NCBI GenBank assembly: GCA_963662715.1
Contig: OY759724.1
Span: 330,001 to 362,000 of the forward strand
Direction of reading: 5' to 3'
Length of the DNA stretch: 32,000 bases
Origin: Candidatus Omnitrophota bacterium
GTDB taxonomy: Bacteria > Omnitrophota > Gorgyraeia > Zapsychrales > JANLHA01
A program made the translations under genes and the position numbers. Shown here piece after piece: positions 14,425 through 23,370 of the stretch (position 1 is its first letter; each line of letters opens with the position of its first letter). The notes under the pieces were generated by a model. It searched no databases. It saw nothing but the letters and a program-made list of their open reading frames with translations, and was not told where the DNA came from.

Positions 14425-17400
14425 TTAATTATAATTCAGCATGCTGAGCTTATCATGTTCGTCATCGAAAAAGAACTGAATATCCGACTCCGCCGGTTCC
14501 TGCTGAGGCTTCCGGTCTGCGCCTTTTTCCGCCTCTGTGCCCCGGCCCCGGGTTGTCCCTCGGGCCGGAACCGCATCCTCGGCACTCATGCCCAGCAGCA
14601 TCGGCAGGTTGGGAATCGGCGTAATGTTGATAATAACCGGCAAGAACCCTTCTATATTCATATTCTGAATCGGCTGTTGCTGAACAGGTAAAGGAACACC
14701 GCTTCCGTCCCGTCTGATCTGCAGGTTCAAAAGCGCCGGATTAAGATCGATACCACCAAGCGGCGAAGAAGTCGCCGGCGCGGCTCCTATATTCGCTGCC
14801 AGCCGTTGAACGGTATTGATAACCTGGCCCACGCCGCCCTTACTGTTCTTTTCTGTTCTCATAAGTTTGCTGAGGTCACGTTTCGCCTGTTTGGTCGAGA
14901 TGCTGCCATCAGCGACAGAGACCAGAAGCTCCCTTGTCCCTTTATTTTTCAGATTAAATTTCGTCATAGCCTTGTCAACGGCTTCGATCGGAGAAGAAAC
15001 GGCCGCGCTGGCGAGTTCAATGACTTCCGCTGTTGCCAACAGGTTTTGCACGGCAGATTCTTCATTTACCCTGTCAAGGACTTCCGTAATGTCCCGGTCG
15101 ACCCAATCTCCAGGTAATGTCACAGCAACATCAATCCCGGCCTCCTGCCATTGAAAAGCGACACCGGTTTCATCGGCCCTTACCCCGTCATAACGCAAAA
15201 CCAAGTTTGCGCCTTCGACAAAAAAGTAGGTCCTCTTCCAAGGGAGGTCCTCCCCTTCATCAAATTCCGGCAAATTGGTTTTTACGGTCAGCTGTTCAGA
15301 CAGCTTAAAGGGCACGGACAAATCGGTCAAACGTGTCTCCAGCTGACTCATGGTGTTGATCACAGATTCTAAGCGCGTCGCCTCTTCGATCGGGATGTCC
15401 CGGGCTAATTCAATCTGCAGCTCTTTGGCCGGGAGAATCTCTCCGACCTGCCGTAGAACATCCGCGACCTGATTCCGGACTGTCTCTAGCCTGGCGCGGT
15501 CCTTTTCCACCTCTATTTCAACCTGGGCCAAAAGCTGTTCGGCCTGGGTTAACAAGTCAGCCACCTTTTCTTTTTCATTCGCGGCAAACTGAATAGGAGA
15601 AGAGGCCCCCAACGACATGAAGTCAATTAACGGGAACCGTTCCGGACGCCCGGCATCAAGCATGAGCAGCTGCAAATCCCGGTTCTCATCCTCCGTCACC
15701 CGGACAGCCTCATTAAACACCCGGGCGGCCATAACTAATATTCTCTCAGCCAGAGCCCTGTCAACACCGTCAATTTCCATTAATTTATTTTCAGCTTCTG
15801 TTCTCCGGTCAGCCTTCTCTAATTCTATCGCCTCCTGGATGGCCTGGTAAGCATCGGCCGTCACAAGGTTATAGCCTAAGGCCAAACTGGCCGGAAGCAG
15901 CCTGAACATGGCCTCTCCGACAGGGTAAGCTCCGTCCATCAGCTTGATGCTGAGGATATGGGCGGCTTTGGCCAAAGGAGGATTCTGTTCAATAAAGACG
16001 ATCTGATTGGCCAATAAAGCCCGCATAGCGGCATGAATCCAGCCGTTCTGGGCCCCGTTGACCTGCTTATCAATATCCACGATTTGATTAATAAGCTGTA
16101 CGTTCTCTTCGGCTAACCCAATCGTTGAGAGTATCGGGGAAGACACGCCTAAATTCGTATAATCCAAGAACTCGATATACTTCGCCTCAACCCCGGTAAG
16201 AGCTACGGCAAAAGGCCCGTCTGTAGGAGTCCAGGTTAACAAGACATCCTGAAGAGCAAAAGGATTAGCATACTCAAAATCCCCTTGTATTTCCCGGGAT
16301 ACCAGCACAGTTGCATCATCCGGAGCCCTTAATTCCAGACGTGTTGTACTATCAGGCTCATGGACATTAACATACAAAACATTTCCGTCATGCTTGAATA
16401 AGATCCTTCTTGAAGCGCCCTGATTATTGTCAAGGTTCCGTCCCTCGCTGACCAGAGGCTCTCCCAGCACGGCAAAATTCCCCAGCTGGCTTGCTGCTTC
16501 ATAATTCTCAACTTCGTTATATTTCGTTCTTGCCCGCATCACGGCCGCCTGCCATTCCCCTGCCGAAGCAGCCGTCTCCAAGGCCTCGGCCAGGACAAAC
16601 GGACTCTCTGACATCCAGTCGCCGGAAAGGGTTAATTCTTTTATATCCGTCTTGTCGTCCCTGGCGCGTAAAACAAGCCGGGTCGTCCCTTGTGTATGGT
16701 CCCGGTGAGCATAAAGGATACGTCCGTCATGCCCGAACAGGGCTCTCAAAGACGGGCCGTCATTTTCTGCCCAATTCTGTCCTTCCCGGACCATTGTTTT
16801 AACCGGAGAAGCAGCCAACAACGACTCTCCGATATAGGGGTCATGCTGAGCATGCAGGTCTCTGCCTGCCTCCATATTAGGGATTCCATTCTCGTCTGTC
16901 CTCAGCAAGGCAGCTCCCAGACCGGTTCCAGGCCCGATATAAAGAATGCGGGCATTGTCGATTCTTTGCCCGGACAACTCATATAATGCTGTGGCCCCGG
17001 CAAAAGCATCGTTCATCCACACCACGTTATAAGGTTCTCCTAATAAACCCTGCAACGTGCTGGCAGGGTTCACACCGAAAAATTGCGGGCGGTTGGGCCA
17101 GCTTTCTTGAGCGATAGCGCCATCAGCCTCTTTTTTCCCCGGATGCCCGACCCCGATTTCAAAGGAAACCTCGTATTGTTCAGTCTCTAATTCATTCCGT
17201 AAAGTATTAATAAGAGGAAGCAGTGCGCTGTAATATTCTTCCGGTTGAACTTGTGCGATATCACGGTCTAATACAAACCGCTGCATCCCTCCTACAAATT
17301 GCACAAAATTTCCGTTTTCATCAAACTGGATCCCCTGCATCTTGGCAGAGGTCCCGCCCACATCAACACCGATCACAACCTTGTTCCGTCTAAGGTCTTG

Positions 17401-20400
17401 ATCAACCAGCAATGCTGCTCCTAATATCCCTGCTTCTTCCGCAACCATTTGATTTTCAGCTGAAAGGATCGGCAGTATCGTAACGCCGGTTCCCAACACG
17501 CTTCGGATCTTCTGTTCCAGGATATTGCGGATAAAAGGATTATTGCTAATAGCCCCGCCGATCTCAATAACGTTAATGCCTTTCCACTCATCTTCGATGG
17601 CTCTTAAAGCTTCTCCATCCTGACTCCGCAAGGCCCCTTCCATCAGCAGAGACGCAAACTGCGCATAAACACCCCCGACAAATTCCAGCACCTGAGTGAT
17701 AACATCTGCGGCCTCGGAATCGGGATAAGTTTGCAAGACCCAGCCCATAAACCTGGTATCCAGATTCCCCTGATATTCGGCCAACAGGTCCGTAAACAGG
17801 TCCTTGTTTTCCTTAAGGAGCTGTTCATTCACCTGGGCGAACATCCGGTTAATCGCCGTAGTCGAAGAAAGGTTCTCCGTTGTTAATCTTTCTGTTGTAA
17901 AAGACACCAGCACTTCACGCCCGTCCCGCAGGGAAATGGCTACAGGGATGGCTTCTAACGGCGAAGAACCCAAGTTATTTTTTAAAGCGACAATATCTTT
18001 CACGGAATAGGGCTTCATGAAAATATCCGTAAAAAGGCCGCCTTTTAAACCTGTCGCGGCATCAACCTGCTGAAGCTCCTCCAGATTCGGGGCAAAACCC
18101 GTCGTGAGGATGATGGGGAGATCTCTTACCGCCCGGATCTCTCTGGCAAGTTGTTCGCCGGTCATCTGAGGCATGACGAAATCTGTCACCACCAGATCAA
18201 TATCCGGATTCTCGTTAAACACTCTCAAGCCTTCTTCTCCGTTATCGGCGCGAATGACTTCCGCTTCGCCGAAAACCGCACCGAAGAGCTGCGCAGCCAC
18301 ATCTCCGACCATCTCTTCATCGTCCACAACAAGAATTTTCTTGATGGGCGTCGAAACCACGGCAGCAGTGGTGGTGGTAATTTTATCTTTTAAAGCGGTT
18401 AACTGCTCAAACTCATAAGGTTTATCCAGGACTTCATCAAATAATCCGCCCTTTAAACCGGTCGCTTCATCCACGGCCGTTAATGTGTCGTCTATCGTCC
18501 CTGACAACAAGACAACCGGGACATTGTTTCCTGCGGCCCTCAACTCACGGGTGAACTGATCTCCGGTCATAACAGGCATTTGCAAATCCGTTACAACCAG
18601 GTCAAAATCCCCGGACTCCCGGAAGGTCTGAAGGGCTTCCTGCCCGTTGTCTGCGGTAACGACTTCCACGTCCCCGAACACGTCTTTCAAATCTTCGCTC
18701 ACCAGGAGCAAAATGGATTTTGAATCATCGACCAGGAGGATCTTCTGAATCGGAGAAGCCACCGGGGCCGCTCTCAAGGAAGACTCTACCTGCGAGATAA
18801 ACGCCTGCAAGTCTTCTGAATATTTGTTCGCCTGAATGATTCCCGACAATATTTCACTGACTTCTGTCTCTGTCGCCTGCGCGGCGGCAACATAAGCCCC
18901 TTCTATCTCAAAGAATACTTCGGCCACGATTTCCCCTGTCCTCCCATCATATAATTTATGAGAAATCTGGTTGGCCCCAGCAACCTCTTCCCCGATAACC
19001 ATTACAGGGTTATTATCCCGCATAACCAATATGGTACGGGCAAAGGATTGCGGATGATAAGTCCGGATGATACCCGTCTGCCCCTGGGCCATGGTCAACA
19101 ATTCCAGCCCCGTTGTATCGATGACCGGGGATGAAGCAGGCGGCGTTGTCCTTACGAGCTCTAAGGCTCTAGCCGCATCCTCTTCCGTAATTCCAATCAA
19201 ATCATTACGGAAAGAAACCCCGGCGCTTCTTTCTGCATCTTCCAAGCTCCCTGCCGTAAAATTGAACTTCCGCAGATCCTCCAGCCGAAAAGTAAAATAC
19301 TGCGATATTTGGGCCGCTGTCGGAACCCGCCCTTGACTTGCTTCTATATCCATCCATTGCCGAAACAACTCAATATCATCCCTATCCACCTCATATTCGC
19401 CCGTTACCATTCTCTCTATGGCAGCCGGCAACCCCGTCATCCATCCCCGATATCTCGGATGACTCAAGATATACTTCTCTACCCCTACGGGCAGAAACGT
19501 TATGTCTTTTTCCGGGTCGGAGGAAAAATGCTCCCGGATATTCGTGGAGGATGTCCCGAACAAATTAATATGTCCTATCGGCCTTATAAATCCTCTTGCC
19601 ATGTATTCCTTCATTTGAGCCACTTCCACCGGCATAGGCAGACTTTCAAATAATTCCCTGAAGTTGAAGGCCAACATCATGTCGATATTATTTCTTTGAA
19701 GATGGTCGGCCAACTCCTCTTTCATCCGGTCCATCTTTAAGACCGTATCCGGCTGAGGATGATCCCCGTCCATTTTAGGAGTCCTGTACCCATCGGTATC
19801 CATGTCGCTTGACGGGGCATAAACATGCATATGGTCCCCGCCGACCGCTGTATAGACCCACGTTGTCTTTCCTGTTCTGCCCCCGTTGATTTCAATCAGT
19901 TTCTTGTACTTCGTTTCGCCATCCGCCTCTGAACCGTTCAAAACTTTTGACAAGACAAGAAGTCCGTCAAAAAGATCCACCCATTCCTGCGCCATTTCAT
20001 CGCGCTCCTCAAAAGTCGGGTTCAGCCCCTTCTTCTGCTTGCGGTAATCAAAGGCATGGTTGACGACACCAACCTGGGAAATTTTCAATTGCGCCATGGC
20101 CCGCAAAACCGGTTCGAACTGGCCGAAATGCAGAGGATTCAACGCTGAGGCATAAACACCGACGATCGTATCCCCGGTATCTGTTTCCTGCCCCGTAAAC
20201 TCCGCGTCCTGTTCACTCCAGCGCACCTGCTGCAATTGCATCTCCCCGTTCATCATATGGACGCCGATTTCCCATAAAGATTCCTTCACCTTTCGTGTCC
20301 ATTCACCGGCCAATTGCTCGTTTCGACCCGGTTCCTGACGCAGACTCCGCCTCACAAGATTATCAAAGACCTGTTCCACGTCCACCCGGATCTCTTTGTT

Positions 20401-23145
20401 CACGTTCGGAAAAATGCTTTTGGCATATTCATATTCCTTAACCCGGTTCTCTTCATGCGTCCCTTGATTCGCGGTGTAGACCAAAGAACGCTCAAGCATC
20501 CGGTAAGGGTTCCCTTTTTCCTCTATCATGCGCCTGAACCCGCTTTCCATAACGATCTTCTTCCGTCCCGCCTCGACAACAAGGGCCATACCAAACGTGA
20601 CATCTGTCCCGCTGTCGATTTCCTCTACCGTGGTAATATCGATCTGGCGTCTTTCTTTATTTAAAAAGTACGTACGGATTTCACTCAGTTCTGCCAACTG
20701 AACTTCCCGGCGTTCCTGCCCGGCCTGTTCATAAGCCCATACCTGATTCAGAACTTCTCCCATACCCATCCGCTGATTGTAGCTGTTGCCGAACATCACT
20801 CCGTCCCGGTACGGGATCCCGTCCGGGTTGATTCCGTCCTCTAATTCAACTAAAATATCTCTCCAATCCCGTTTCGTTTCATCACCGGCCCTGGCTTTCA
20901 TCATCATAATCGGCGTAATACCATACCCGAAAAACTCATGGCTCGTTGTGCCTTCAGCTTCAGAATAAACGCTCACCAACTGAAACAGGTCATCAAAATT
21001 TATTGTTCTGGTCCTTCCTGTCTCCGTCTCCACAACATTATCCTCTTTGGCGTGGATAAAATTCGCCAATGAATCTTCCCGGATACTCCGCGGCGCCCCC
21101 AGCGGTGAGGAGACGGCCGTCTGATCAAGCAGCATGAGCTCGTCTTCGTCAAGCTGCTGCAGCAGGGCCGTTTCCGCATCTGACAGGGCCTGGGAAACCT
21201 CCGGCCCCTTTTGAAGAAGCTGTGTGGCGGCCTCTATTAAAACGCCCAACTGTTCCGGCACCTTGGCGAAAGTGTCGTCCGGCAACGCGTCGCTTCTTAT
21301 CAAATGCAGCAAACTTAAAATCTTCCGCTCTCTTCGCAGTTCACTCCTGGCCACAGCCCGGTTTTCATCAGCCAGAGCTGACCGGTCTCCGTAATTTTGG
21401 GCCGCTTTCTCCAACCCGGCGATATCCTCTTGGTATAACTGCATAATTTCATCGGGAATGGTAACCGCACCCCCACGCGCCCTCACAATAGTTTCCAAAG
21501 CTTCAAACACGTTCATCGGCGCTACGCCTGTCATCAACTCTTCCAAACGCCCTTCTTCCTGCGGCGCTAAGGTTGATTTAAGAATATCGGACATAATAAG
21601 GGCGAGACGCTTTGTTCTGGTTCTGGTAAAGGTCTTGGAAGCATATTCCAGCAAACGCCGGCTCTCCTCGGTCAGGTTCTGGAAAGATTCTATTTTCACC
21701 AGGTCATTAAGAGATACTCCCGCCTGAATCTTTTCGGCAATATCCGCACTCACGCGGCCGATCAGGGCCAACCCGTCGTCAACGGTGATCCGCTGGGCCG
21801 CGGCTGATGTGACATACCCCAGATACTGGCGGGCTAACTGCGTGTTCTGTTCGATCACATCGGCAAAATTCGATATAGGGGAAGCCACAATAGCGCTCTG
21901 CGCCGACAATGTTTCAGAAGGGTTCTCCGCCAGGATAGCCGCCACCTGCACCACCGGGCTTGAAACACTCATCCCGGCATCGATCCTTGCTCTTAAAGGA
22001 GACGACGGCGGGACATTACGCAGTTCGACGGACGTGATCGAGCTGGAGACCTCGGAAGCATCAACCCCGCCGGAAAAATATTTTCGCGGGATGACTTTTT
22101 TCGTCGACATATCATAATCTTCCCGGATATAGTCATAAACGCCTTTTTTAAATGCCGCCAGGTACTGTTCATAAATTTTCTGTTTAATTTCCTTGTCGTT
22201 AACGTCCACGCCTTTCACCTTGCCTTTGTTGACATAGACTTGTCCAAGGAGACTCGCTCTTAAATTCTCTTTATACCAGGTCGCTAAAATCAGGGAATTG
22301 AAAATCTGCCGCAGATTAGCAAAATTCTTGCCCTCATTGACTTCCTTTTCTATTTCCGGCAACAAAACTTCCCGGACAACATCCGAAGAAACCTTGCTAA
22401 GAGTCTTTACATAATCCTGGGTGATCTTTGTGGTTCCTAATTTTTTATTATCCAGGTTCCTTTCCAAAGCTAAGTAATCCTCTTCCAGCATAACTTTCAG
22501 ATGACTGTCAACCACAAAAGCGCTGCCGTTATGCTCAACAACCAAGGCGTCTTCCGGGATAATCCATATTTTGTTGAACGTATTGATCGGAATATTTGTC
22601 GTACCATATTCTTTTTGTGCGCGGTCATAGACTCTTTGCCAAAATTCCTGGCCGAGATCATCTTCCGGATAGATCATCGAGGCCGTTAACTGCTTCAGCA
22701 TATAGTCCTGAGCCAGGAGGTCGCGGCCCATTTCTGTCATGCTGAAACCTTCGGGAACAATACGGTCGCTTTCATAAGGAGAAAGGTTAACCCACAAATC
22801 TTTTTCCGGGATCGTCAGGGCGGCGAGAAAATATTTAATGAGTTTGCTGGATTCTGCTTCGAGTTCTTCTCCGGTCAATTGGTCGTTTCCGGAATCGATA
22901 ATAAAATCGAATTTTAAAGGATTTTCCGGGTCGATCTTCACCCCCTTCAAACAGGCCGGGGCATAAATATCGCTTTTCATAACCATGGCCCCGGGCATCG
23001 GCAGATCCAAAACCGTCGGGGCTGGATCAGCCGCGGATACCGGCGCGGGTGGAATGATGAGGCTTATCAGAAATGAATAACTGATAAACGAGACTAAAAT
23101 ACGATACGACCAATGATCACGACTATTCCGGAAATAGTTAAACAT
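14425..23145 (-). CDS. Giant (2,906 aa) mosaic protein: signal anchor + conserved N-module + NadD-like nucleotidyltransferase + 2 receiver domains + ASKHA/ROK-like kinase segments + unknown repeats + conserved GGIDLNP C-module
   Basis: Uninterrupted 8,721-nt ORF with ATG at 23143-23145, preceded by AGGAGG (23156-23161), a TAA stop and a strong terminator. Domain signatures and their coordinates are given under findings. Confidence 0.9.
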   Translation of the reverse strand: MFNYFRNSRDHWSYRILVSFISYSFLISLIIPPAPVSAADPAPTVLDLPMPGAMVMKSDIYAPACLKGVKIDPENPLKFDFIIDSGNDQLTGEELEAESSKLIKYFLAALTIPEKDLWVNLSPYESDRIVPEGFSMTEMGRDLLAQDYMLKQLTASMIYPEDDLGQEFWQRVYDRAQKEYGTTNIPINTFNKIWIIPEDALVVEHNGSAFVVDSHLKVMLEEDYLALERNLDNKKLGTTKITQDYVKTLSKVSSDVVREVLLPEIEKEVNEGKNFANLRQIFNSLILATWYKENLRASLLGQVYVNKGKVKGVDVNDKEIKQKIYEQYLAAFKKGVYDYIREDYDMSTKKVIPRKYFSGGVDASEVSSSITSVELRNVPPSSPLRARIDAGMSVSSPVVQVAAILAENPSETLSAQSAIVASPISNFADVIEQNTQLARQYLGYVTSAAAQRITVDDGLALIGRVSADIAEKIQAGVSLNDLVKIESFQNLTEESRRLLEYASKTFTRTRTKRLALIMSDILKSTLAPQEEGRLEELMTGVAPMNVFEALETIVRARGGAVTIPDEIMQLYQEDIAGLEKAAQNYGDRSALADENRAVARSELRRERKILSLLHLIRSDALPDDTFAKVPEQLGVLIEAATQLLQKGPEVSQALSDAETALLQQLDEDELMLLDQTAVSSPLGAPRSIREDSLANFIHAKEDNVVETETGRTRTINFDDLFQLVSVYSEAEGTTSHEFFGYGITPIMMMKARAGDETKRDWRDILVELEDGINPDGIPYRDGVMFGNSYNQRMGMGEVLNQVWAYEQAGQERREVQLAELSEIRTYFLNKERRQIDITTVEEIDSGTDVTFGMALVVEAGRKKIVMESGFRRMIEEKGNPYRMLERSLVYTANQGTHEENRVKEYEYAKSIFPNVNKEIRVDVEQVFDNLVRRSLRQEPGRNEQLAGEWTRKVKESLWEIGVHMMNGEMQLQQVRWSEQDAEFTGQETDTGDTIVGVYASALNPLHFGQFEPVLRAMAQLKISQVGVVNHAFDYRKQKKGLNPTFEERDEMAQEWVDLFDGLLVLSKVLNGSEADGETKYKKLIEINGGRTGKTTWVYTAVGGDHMHVYAPSSDMDTDGYRTPKMDGDHPQPDTVLKMDRMKEELADHLQRNNIDMMLAFNFRELFESLPMPVEVAQMKEYMARGFIRPIGHINLFGTSSTNIREHFSSDPEKDITFLPVGVEKYILSHPRYRGWMTGLPAAIERMVTGEYEVDRDDIELFRQWMDIEASQGRVPTAAQISQYFTFRLEDLRKFNFTAGSLEDAERSAGVSFRNDLIGITEEDAARALELVRTTPPASSPVIDTTGLELLTMAQGQTGIIRTYHPQSFARTILVMRDNNPVMVIGEEVAGANQISHKLYDGRTGEIVAEVFFEIEGAYVAAAQATETEVSEILSGIIQANKYSEDLQAFISQVESSLRAAPVASPIQKILLVDDSKSILLLVSEDLKDVFGDVEVVTADNGQEALQTFRESGDFDLVVTDLQMPVMTGDQFTRELRAAGNNVPVVLLSGTIDDTLTAVDEATGLKGGLFDEVLDKPYEFEQLTALKDKITTTTAAVVSTPIKKILVVDDEEMVGDVAAQLFGAVFGEAEVIRADNGEEGLRVFNENPDIDLVVTDFVMPQMTGEQLAREIRAVRDLPIILTTGFAPNLEELQQVDAATGLKGGLFTDIFMKPYSVKDIVALKNNLGSSPLEAIPVAISLRDGREVLVSFTTERLTTENLSSTTAINRMFAQVNEQLLKENKDLFTDLLAEYQGNLDTRFMGWVLQTYPDSEAADVITQVLEFVGGVYAQFASLLMEGALRSQDGEALRAIEDEWKGINVIEIGGAISNNPFIRNILEQKIRSVLGTGVTILPILSAENQMVAEEAGILGAALLVDQDLRRNKVVIGVDVGGTSAKMQGIQFDENGNFVQFVGGMQRFVLDRDIAQVQPEEYYSALLPLINTLRNELETEQYEVSFEIGVGHPGKKEADGAIAQESWPNRPQFFGVNPASTLQGLLGEPYNVVWMNDAFAGATALYELSGQRIDNARILYIGPGTGLGAALLRTDENGIPNMEAGRDLHAQHDPYIGESLLAASPVKTMVREGQNWAENDGPSLRALFGHDGRILYAHRDHTQGTTRLVLRARDDKTDIKELTLSGDWMSESPFVLAEALETAASAGEWQAAVMRARTKYNEVENYEAASQLGNFAVLGEPLVSEGRNLDNNQGASRRILFKHDGNVLYVNVHEPDSTTRLELRAPDDATVLVSREIQGDFEYANPFALQDVLLTWTPTDGPFAVALTGVEAKYIEFLDYTNLGVSSPILSTIGLAEENVQLINQIVDIDKQVNGAQNGWIHAAMRALLANQIVFIEQNPPLAKAAHILSIKLMDGAYPVGEAMFRLLPASLALGYNLVTADAYQAIQEAIELEKADRRTEAENKLMEIDGVDRALAERILVMAARVFNEAVRVTEDENRDLQLLMLDAGRPERFPLIDFMSLGASSPIQFAANEKEKVADLLTQAEQLLAQVEIEVEKDRARLETVRNQVADVLRQVGEILPAKELQIELARDIPIEEATRLESVINTMSQLETRLTDLSVPFKLSEQLTVKTNLPEFDEGEDLPWKRTYFFVEGANLVLRYDGVRADETGVAFQWQEAGIDVAVTLPGDWVDRDITEVLDRVNEESAVQNLLATAEVIELASAAVSSPIEAVDKAMTKFNLKNKGTRELLVSVADGSISTKQAKRDLSKLMRTEKNSKGGVGQVINTVQRLAANIGAAPATSSPLGGIDLNPALLNLQIRRDGSGVPLPVQQQPIQNMNIEGFLPVIINITPIPNLPMLLGMSAEDAVPARGTTRGRGTEAEKGADRKPQQEPAESDIQFFFDDEHDKLSMLNYN

Positions 23146-23370
23146 AATACAGTTCCCTCCTGGATTTTGGTAAAAAAATAGACTTTCTTATGAATTTACA
23201 TAGAATTCTTGGGACAGGGAGATTTTTTGAAAGGGTATATAAAATATATCATGTATAAAGGGGAAACACAAGAAAAGTTTATTATATAACATATTTATTT
23301 CCTTATATTTAAGAACTTGCCCAGGCCGTTTCCAAAAATTAGGGCACATAAAGGATAAAATAAGTCATAT

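Noticed and set aside
14806-22689. About 20 short ORFs (60-116 aa) on the plus strand or in alternative frames within the giant gene
   Set aside because: All are nested in an 8.7-kb uninterrupted frame that has clear domain signatures. Their sizes and compositions fit chance or shadow ORFs.
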